A stretch of 64,000 bases of DNA, from NCBI GenBank assembly GCA_030606485.1, contig JAUWGH010000006.1, positions 135,966-199,965 of the forward strand, given 5' to 3'. Source of the DNA: Promethearchaeota archaeon. Lineage in GTDB: Archaea; Asgardarchaeota; Lokiarchaeia; Sigyniarchaeales; SOKP01. Shown here in pieces: positions 57,854-64,000 of the stretch. Below the pieces are notes generated by a model. It was not told the origin of the DNA, made no database searches, and saw nothing but the letters and a program-made list of their open reading frames with translations. The translations under genes and the position numbers were made by a program. The first letter of the stretch is position 1. The number at the start of each line of letters is the position of its first letter.

Positions 57854-58618
57854 ATGGGGCGCTATTATTTGGAAAATCATGTCCAATACAAAGGCAAAAA
57901 GTATAAATTAACAAAAGGACTTGCTTTAAATCTAAACAATAAAGAAATTAATGAAATTACAGAGATTAAAGGACTTGAAAATCTTACAAATTTGCAAAGA
58001 TTAAATCTTAGAAGCAATAATATTACAGAGATTAAAGGCCTTGAGAATCTTAAAAATTTAGTCCATTTAGATTTATGCTTTAATCAAATTTCTGAAATTA
58101 AAGGTCTTGAAAATCTTAATAAATTAATATTGCTAAATCTTGAGAATAATCAAATTTCTGAAATTAAAGGACTTGAAAACCTTACTCATTTAAATTATCT
58201 ATATCTTAATGGAAATAATATTTCTTTAGAAACATTTGATTATATTGGGGAAGGCTTTAGTATATTTGAATATGTGAAAAATCCTTATAATTATGTGGAA
58301 TATTGTCGTAAATTAAAGGAACAAAAAGTTATGGAAAAGAAATTTGATATAAGTATAGAATTTCAAGCAAGAAATTACGCACTGAATATAATTAATACAT
58401 TACTTAACAAGGAAAATCCAACTAAAAAAGATATCAAATATTTTGGAAAAACGGTTGAAATTATGCTTAAAAATTTGGAACAAGATGTTCGAATCTTATG
58501 TATGAAATTCATTGATGACGTCATTCAAAATAGTGATATAAAAACCTTTCCAAGATTAAAAAAATATTTAAAAGTAGGGTTAAAAACAGTGTGGAGCGCA
58601 CTAAATCTGATGTTTTAA
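57854..58618 (+). CDS. Leucine-rich-repeat protein (22-aa LRRs), no signal peptide
   Basis: Repeats of ITEIKGLENLxNLxxLxLxxNx. The C-terminal ~130 aa are helical and unassigned. Confidence 0.8.
   Translation: MGRYYLENHVQYKGKKYKLTKGLALNLNNKEINEITEIKGLENLTNLQRLNLRSNNITEIKGLENLKNLVHLDLCFNQISEIKGLENLNKLILLNLENNQISEIKGLENLTHLNYLYLNGNNISLETFDYIGEGFSIFEYVKNPYNYVEYCRKLKEQKVMEKKFDISIEFQARNYALNIINTLLNKENPTKKDIKYFGKTVEIMLKNLEQDVRILCMKFIDDVIQNSDIKTFPRLKKYLKVGLKTVWSALNLMF
57956..58219 (+). repeat. Four tandem 66-nt units encoding the LRRs
   Basis: Unit starts read at 57956, 58022, 58088 and 58154 (exact 66-nt period). Each begins ATTACAGAGATTAAAGG or ATTTCTGAAATTAAAGG. Confidence 0.85.
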
Positions 58619-58743
58619 TATTGTTATATGTCTTAAAAATCAAAAAAAATAAAATAAAAAGAATCTTTTCTTAAACAAATTTTCTTAACGATTTTCAATA
58701 GTAAATAGATCCATTTAAATAGATCTGTTTATTTTAAATAATT

Positions 58744-58971
58744 ATGACACAAAAAACCATCTCGTTATCAGAGCGAGCTTATAAAATATTAAAAAGAGAA
58801 AAAAAAGATAAGGAATCTTTCTCAAAAGTAATTGAAAGATTAATTTCTAAGGCAGAGAATCCTTGGTTAGTTCTTGAAAAACAATTTGATCCAGAAGTGT
58901 GGGATGGATTATTGGAAAAAATAAGAGATATGCGAGAAAAAAATTTAACAGGTTTCGAAAATAATGATTAA
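58744..58971 (+). CDS. vapB: Archaeal VapB-type antitoxin (DUF217-like)
   Basis: TISLSERAYKILKREKKDKESFSKVIERLI matches the short archaeal antitoxin family. Overlaps the PIN gene by 8 nt. Confidence 0.7.
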   Translation: MTQKTISLSERAYKILKREKKDKESFSKVIERLISKAENPWLVLEKQFDPEVWDGLLEKIRDMREKNLTGFENND

Positions 58972-59392
58972 ATTGCTAGATACAGATGTTGTAATCAATT
59001 TTTTGAGAGGTTTCAATCCAAAAATAACTAAGAAAATTAAAGATTTAATAGCTCAAGGAATAGATTTAACAATCACACAAATAACTGTAAGTGAACTTTG
59101 GTATGGCGTTTATCGTTTAAAATCAAAACAAAAACGAATATCAGAAGCAAAGAAATTAAATAATCTTATTATTAATCTTCCCGAAATTTTAACATTAGAT
59201 TCTAATTCAAGTCGAATATTCGGCGAAATTTGCGCAGAATTAGATAAAAGTGGTTTGCGCGTTCCACAATTTGATCTTCAAAATGCTTCTATAGCAATAG
59301 CAAATAAAATACGTTTTATAACACATGATAAAAAACATTTTCCCCGAATTAATGAATTTTCTGAGTTTGATTTTCTTGAATTATGGGCATAA
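58964..59392 (+). CDS. vapC: PIN-domain toxin (VapC)
   Basis: LLDTDVVINFL, SELWYG and ITHDKKHF acidic/PIN positions. 142 aa. Confidence 0.8.
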   Translation: MIKLLDTDVVINFLRGFNPKITKKIKDLIAQGIDLTITQITVSELWYGVYRLKSKQKRISEAKKLNNLIINLPEILTLDSNSSRIFGEICAELDKSGLRVPQFDLQNASIAIANKIRFITHDKKHFPRINEFSEFDFLELWA

Positions 59393-59526
59393 TACCCATC
59401 CGCTCTTTTATTTGTGGAAGAATCTTATCTAAAAATACATATATATAAGGAATTCCTTGATTTATTAACACCAATGTATTATATATCAGCAATTCAAGCC
59501 GCTTGGTCGGATAAATATCTAATTCT

Positions 59527-60237
59527 TTATTCATTAAGACAAAAATACATTCTTCTATTATTTTTTCCTTTATTATCAGTCTTTAATAATTCAATCTTAC
59601 CGATTTCTTTCAAATGTTTTACATGAGTCCCAGCGTCTGCCTGCTCGTCAACATCTCCTATTTTTACTATGCGTATTTCTTTAACATCTTCAGGCAATCC
59701 TTTGGCAAGATGTGTTAACTCAGCTTTTTGCAATGCTTCTTCCCTAGAAATGTAATAAGAAGAAACGGGTAAATCCTTCTCTATTATTTGATTTGCCTCA
59801 TCAATAGTAGCACGCATCTTTTCAATTGAGTAATCCTTCATTGAAAAATCCATTCTAGATCTATTAACACCCAACTGATTACCGGTAATTTTAGCATGAA
59901 AATTCTTATAAATAATTGCACTTAAAAGGTGAGCCGCAGTATGATGGCGCATTAAAGTATAGCGTCTTTCCCAATCAAGTTCGCAAGAAACCTCATCACC
60001 CTCATTCAAACCAACTTTATTAACCTCAAGACTTATTTTACCCGAGAACTTACCAGCATAAACAACTCTGAATTTTTCACCATTTTTAACGATGTACCCT
60101 TCATCCCATGGCTGACCGCCACTATTAGGATAAAAAACCGTTTTATCAAGGACTATAAATTTTCCATCTTTAACACTAACAACTTTAGCAGTCCAAGATT
60201 TCAAATAAGAATCATTCAAATATAGCGATTCTATCAT
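59527..60237 (-). CDS. alaX: AlaX-type trans-editing protein (alanyl-tRNA editing domain, AlaX-M size)
   Basis: HTAAHLLS (HxxxH) and ...QADAGTHVKHLKEIG.... 236 aa. Confidence 0.8.
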   Translation of the reverse strand: MIESLYLNDSYLKSWTAKVVSVKDGKFIVLDKTVFYPNSGGQPWDEGYIVKNGEKFRVVYAGKFSGKISLEVNKVGLNEGDEVSCELDWERRYTLMRHHTAAHLLSAIIYKNFHAKITGNQLGVNRSRMDFSMKDYSIEKMRATIDEANQIIEKDLPVSSYYISREEALQKAELTHLAKGLPEDVKEIRIVKIGDVDEQADAGTHVKHLKEIGKIELLKTDNKGKNNRRMYFCLNE

Positions 60238-60308
60238 AAAGAAAAAAGAAAGAATCTAAGTTCAAAAACTTTTCTTCTCTTTCAAATATTTTTATCTTAT
60301 TATTATTA

Positions 60309-61661
60309 TTATGAGTTTTTATTTTGTATTATCTTAAGGATTTCTACATCTGTTGATGCCATAGAATGGGAGATTTGACCGATTGCTTTAATTGTATCTT
60401 CTGCATTTTCAAAAATGATACCATTATCAGGAGATACTTTCATTCCATTCAGAGCCATGAGAGCACATTCAGTTGCAGTACCAGCAGCCGTGGATAATTT
60501 AAGGGCACAACTTTCTTTTGCTCCATCACATATAAACCCTGTATTATTTGCAGCCATTAAATTGACTGCTGCATGAATCTGTTCAAGAGAACCACCAAGT
60601 AAATAGGTAATGCCTGCTGCAGCACCGATCCCTGCTTTAATTGCACAACCACAGAGAGCAGATAAATGACCACAGGATATATCAGCTAATTTAGTAATAA
60701 AATGTGAGAATAGTATTGCTTCACAAATTTTATCTTTATCAATATTTTTCATTTCGCCCACAACGGTGATCGGGATGATTACCATAATACCCAGATTCCC
60801 TGACCCCGAAGTTGTCATTACAGGCATATTTGCACCCCCCATCCGAGCATCTCCCGCCGACCCAACTTTGATTTGCACTTTAGTGATTAAATTATTCTCG
60901 AATCCATCCTGCTGGGCAATTTCTTGTAAAGATCTACCAACTCTTAGCCCATAATTACCCTTTATGCCTTCTTCGGCAACTTTTTTATTCATTATTATAC
61001 CTTTATAGACTTCTTCTATTTCTTCAGAAGTTATGGATCGAGCGACCTTGAAGAGTTCTTCGATTTTATTGGGAAATTTCTCCTCATCTTCTACTTCTTT
61101 TTTCCAAGAACCTTCAAATAAAATTACACCATCAACTCTAATTTCAGTTACATTATCGTGATCTTTTTGTACCCTTACATAAGCGGTTTTATTTTTATTA
61201 TTAACTTGATATTCTAAGGTTACTTGAATATCAAGATTAGGTTTATCACTCCATTTATCGATTTTTTTTATAATGATTTTATTGTTTTTTAGGATTTGCT
61301 TAGCTTTTTGAATTGATACTGACGTAATTCCTTCAAAAAGGTTTAATTTTTTTCTGGGATCACTAAATAATCCCATTGCTGATGCGATTGCCATTCCCTT
61401 TTGACCATTAGTCCCCGGAATTACATTTGAATAAGCATTTTTATACACGTTTAGGTCAGTTTTTATGGAGATTTGTTTGATTTTATCAATTTCAATCTCT
61501 GAAGGGAGATTTTTAAAAAAAAAGTTGTCATTCTCATCAACCATTATTATATCGTTAAAAATCGCATGATAGGCTAAAGAAGTAGCATATCCAACAGCAA
61601 TCGGTTCTGTACATCCCGTTGCAGGTTTTACATACTTCGTTAAAAAACTCATTACATCCAT
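60309..61661 (-). CDS. L-cysteine desulfidase-like protein (UPF0597 / serine-dehydratase-alpha-like family)
   Basis: N-terminal VKPATGCTEPIAVGYA and a Gly/Cys-rich C-terminal half (LSALCGCAIKAGIGAAAG). Confidence 0.7.
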   Translation of the reverse strand: MDVMSFLTKYVKPATGCTEPIAVGYATSLAYHAIFNDIIMVDENDNFFFKNLPSEIEIDKIKQISIKTDLNVYKNAYSNVIPGTNGQKGMAIASAMGLFSDPRKKLNLFEGITSVSIQKAKQILKNNKIIIKKIDKWSDKPNLDIQVTLEYQVNNKNKTAYVRVQKDHDNVTEIRVDGVILFEGSWKKEVEDEEKFPNKIEELFKVARSITSEEIEEVYKGIIMNKKVAEEGIKGNYGLRVGRSLQEIAQQDGFENNLITKVQIKVGSAGDARMGGANMPVMTTSGSGNLGIMVIIPITVVGEMKNIDKDKICEAILFSHFITKLADISCGHLSALCGCAIKAGIGAAAGITYLLGGSLEQIHAAVNLMAANNTGFICDGAKESCALKLSTAAGTATECALMALNGMKVSPDNGIIFENAEDTIKAIGQISHSMASTDVEILKIIQNKNS

Positions 61662-61815
61662 AAAATCTTTTTCACCTTTTTAATAAAAGAAATAAAGAAA
61701 AATAAACAAATTTATCGTATCTTAATTTCAATGATTATTTTAATTGTTCATTATTTTTTTAACTTAATATGAAATTTGAAGAGTATTTTTATGAAAAGAA
61801 TCTTTTCGAATAGAA

Positions 61816-63060
61816 ATGACAAATAATATCGAATTATCAAGTGTAAAAAAAGAGCCAAAGAAAATTAATACGCATATTATTAGATCTAAAAAAGCAGGTG
61901 TGTTTTTTTTATTACTTGTTATTGGATTTTTTGGCATGCAAATTTTTCAAATTGGTTCATGGACATTACAGCCAAATTTAAAGTGGCCTTATTTGTATTA
62001 TATCGCCGATCCACAAAACTCAATAGGATTATCATGTGGAACACCAGTGGATTGCAAATTGATTTTATATTATGGTGAAAATACTGAATCTTTTGAATCC
62101 TCCGTAGAAGAATCAATATCTACCAACCTTCATTTTTTTAACCTTACTAACTTGAATCCTGATACAATTTATTATTGGAAATTAAATAGTTTTGATTCTA
62201 ATTTAAATTATCCATTTTTAGATATAATTTACTCATTTCAAACTGGTCCGATACCTACTGAAAAAAAGCCATTTAAACTTAGCATTTTAGGAGATACACG
62301 CCCAGATATTTGGGGCAATACTAAACATATATATATTTTGAAGGAGGCTTTAAAAGAACAACCAAATTTTATTTTAAATGTGGGGGATATGGTTATGGGT
62401 CCGGGAATTACTGGACATTGGGATAGATGGTTTTATGAAGTAAGAGAATGTGCTCAAAAAGGAATTCCTATTGAAATAGGGCTAGGAAATCATGAATGGG
62501 ATGAATATCAATGGTTATTTGGTTTTGAAGATAAGGGAAAAACATATAAACATTATATGGAATATCCGGAACCTGAGAATTATTATGCATTTAATTACAG
62601 TAATGCTGCTTTTATCTCTCTTGATACAAATGATGGCGAAACAACAGAAACACAAATAGAATGGCTTAATAAAACGCTTGAAATGGTAAATGCCGATGAG
62701 GATATTGATTGGATTATTGTGTTTGGACATTATCCTTTATATTCAGAAGGAGGAAGAAGTAGCAGAATAGGAAATGCTTTCGAAAATTCATTCAATAAAT
62801 ACAATGTAGATATGTATATATCCGGTCATATCCATCATTATGCAAGAGTGCAAGTTAATGATATTACTTATATAATATCCGGTGGAGGTGGGGCAGAATT
62901 GAGTAGAACAATAAATCCAACGAATCCAAATACTAAAAAAAGCACAATAACATTTCAATATTGCACCATTGAAATCGATGGATCACAATTATATTTTAAA
63001 TGCATTAGCCATAATGGAATTCTTATTGATGAATGTCAACTAACACCGAGGAAGGGATGA
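61816..63060 (+). CDS. Membrane-anchored calcineurin-like metallophosphoesterase (purple-acid-phosphatase-like)
   Basis: N-terminal TM and FN3-like segment (YYWKLNS). Motifs GDTRPD, GDMV, GNHE, GHYPLYS, GHIHHY. Confidence 0.8.
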   Translation: MTNNIELSSVKKEPKKINTHIIRSKKAGVFFLLLVIGFFGMQIFQIGSWTLQPNLKWPYLYYIADPQNSIGLSCGTPVDCKLILYYGENTESFESSVEESISTNLHFFNLTNLNPDTIYYWKLNSFDSNLNYPFLDIIYSFQTGPIPTEKKPFKLSILGDTRPDIWGNTKHIYILKEALKEQPNFILNVGDMVMGPGITGHWDRWFYEVRECAQKGIPIEIGLGNHEWDEYQWLFGFEDKGKTYKHYMEYPEPENYYAFNYSNAAFISLDTNDGETTETQIEWLNKTLEMVNADEDIDWIIVFGHYPLYSEGGRSSRIGNAFENSFNKYNVDMYISGHIHHYARVQVNDITYIISGGGGAELSRTINPTNPNTKKSTITFQYCTIEIDGSQLYFKCISHNGILIDECQLTPRKG

Positions 63061-63674
63061 AGAAAATGATAGAAGGCACAATTTATATGACATTTATTAT
63101 TGGATTTATAATCTTACTTTGCAGAGGTATCGAAAAACTGAGATGGCTAAGCGGTCATAAAGAGGAGGAATCCCCAATTAAAGACGGCTCTTTCTGGTTC
63201 TTTTTTTGGTTCTCATTGATAATTATACAAACATGTGTCATTCAAATTAACTTTTTAATTAATATAGCAATCAAAGAGCCTTCTATGATGATATTGTATT
63301 CACATCATATTTTTGGCATCGTTATGTTATTTGCTTTAATCTTTGTTTTGCTAATTAAAGGATTTTTAAATCCCAGCTTAAATTTCATTATTGCTTTATT
63401 CCCTAATATTATTACAACGATAATATTTTGGTCATTAAACATTCTTGATGAATCTAACTATACATCTCCAATAATAGGTCTCATTGTTGGCGTAATTATT
63501 GAGAATATATTGATAAGATTTTATAAATCTGGGAATAGAATTCTATGGAACTTACCACCCAAAATTTGGAAAATTATAAATAACAAATGGTTTGTTTTAG
63601 TATTTACAATATTATATGCGGTAGAAATGTATTTGCAAATCTATTCAGAAAGTATTACGACTATTTTTATTTAA
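63057..63674 (+). CDS. Hypothetical polytopic membrane protein
   Basis: The ATG at 63057 overlaps the upstream TGA (ATGA). It is in frame with the ORF-track start at 63033. Multiple hydrophobic helices. Confidence 0.5.
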   Translation: MKKMIEGTIYMTFIIGFIILLCRGIEKLRWLSGHKEEESPIKDGSFWFFFWFSLIIIQTCVIQINFLINIAIKEPSMMILYSHHIFGIVMLFALIFVLLIKGFLNPSLNFIIALFPNIITTIIFWSLNILDESNYTSPIIGLIVGVIIENILIRFYKSGNRILWNLPPKIWKIINNKWFVLVFTILYAVEMYLQIYSESITTIFI

Positions 63675-63719
63675 TTTTGTGTCTAATAAGAGAATTTAAA
63701 AGGAACATGGTGATAATCA

Positions 63720-64000
63720 TTAAATTTCAAACTCCTCACCTATTGAGAGAAACTTTGAGTTAATATTATATCCCCTCAGAAAATCAACTAATTTCTTAGC
63801 GCTTTCGTCTTTTTCACCAGTAAAATGGTATGGAATTACCAATTTTGGAGAAATAATTTTTAAAAACTCTAGATAATCTTTAAAATTACTTTCAAAACAT
63901 GCAACAAAACAGCAATCGATTTCGGTTTTTATCCCTCTTAACTGGTTGGAAAACTTAGCTGAATCTGCAGTATGTAATATTCTCTTACCCCCAATCTCAA
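63720..64000 (-). CDS. 3' part of an MBL-fold-like hydrolase gene (partial; start outside the window)
   Basis: My reverse-strand translation is ...GGKRILHTADSAKFSNQLRGIKTEIDCCFVACFESNFKDYLEFLKIISPKLVIPYHFTGEKDESAKKLVDFL...EEFEI*. The stop complement is at 63720-63722. VIPYHF resembles the C-terminal His motif of metallo-beta-lactamase-fold proteins. Confidence 0.45.
   Translation of the reverse strand, partial: EIGGKRILHTADSAKFSNQLRGIKTEIDCCFVACFESNFKDYLEFLKIISPKLVIPYHFTGEKDESAKKLVDFLRGYNINSKFLSIGEEFEI

Noticed and set aside
1-64000. A search of all intergenic spacers for tRNA, rRNA, C/D-box sRNA or CRISPR features as GC-rich islands in an AT-rich background.
   Set aside because: No spacer contains a GC-rich 70-90-nt segment with acceptor or T-arm complementarity, RUGAUGA...CUGA box pairs or short direct repeats. 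A covariance-model scan (tRNAscan-SE or Infernal) would be needed to exclude them formally.

Overview
The window is very AT-rich (about 30% G+C by eye, not computed) and densely coding on both strands. I saw no rRNA, tRNA or CRISPR array. The gene content looks archaeal. It includes an archaeal-type thiolase with a DUF35 partner, an ADP-forming acyl-CoA synthetase alpha subunit, AlaX, an L-cysteine desulfidase, a DUF106/EMC3-like insertase homolog and VapBC pairs. It also carries eukaryote-like features: tandem Roadblock-fused Ras-like small GTPases and a leucine-rich repeat (LRR) protein. My inference, not a search result, is an Asgard (Lokiarchaeia-like) archaeal chromosome.

Main blocks:
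- 1-3453: tandem Roadblock/GTPase paralogs and a convergent orphan protein.
- 3616-10140: a 2174-aa type-I membrane surface protein with DUF2341, a LamG domain carrying a nested insertion, and about six tandem ~105-aa repeats.
- 10.3-20.6 kb: mixed metabolism (LarA-like racemase plus FAD/Fe-S 2-hydroxyacid dehydrogenase, VOC, NMO, acyl-CoA synthetase, two ICMT-like methyltransferases).
- 21-28.6 kb: VapBC, then an iron island (two DtxR-family regulators, FeoB, SufC, SufB/D).
- 28.8-39 kb: 3-hydroxyacyl-CoA dehydrogenase, membrane proteins, radical SAM, ABC exporter pair, thiolase plus DUF35.
- 38.9-47.4 kb: a divergent RNase III-domain protein, a module of GPH transporter / Cys-rich Fe-S protein / UROD-family enzyme / GPH transporter, and a polytopic membrane protein fused to an endonuclease/exonuclease/phosphatase (EEP) domain.
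- 48.2-49.7 kb: a decayed, Zn-ribbon-less TnpB-like element whose 3' end is GC-enriched and hairpin-rich.
- 49.7-52.9 kb: a GlpA-like three-gene oxidoreductase operon.
- 53-64 kb: small orphans, an Ntn hydrolase, an orphan N6-adenine methyltransferase, an LRR protein, a second VapBC, AlaX, cysteine desulfidase and a metallophosphoesterase.

All functional calls come from motifs I recognised by eye in the supplied translations. No database search, alignment program or structure prediction was run.
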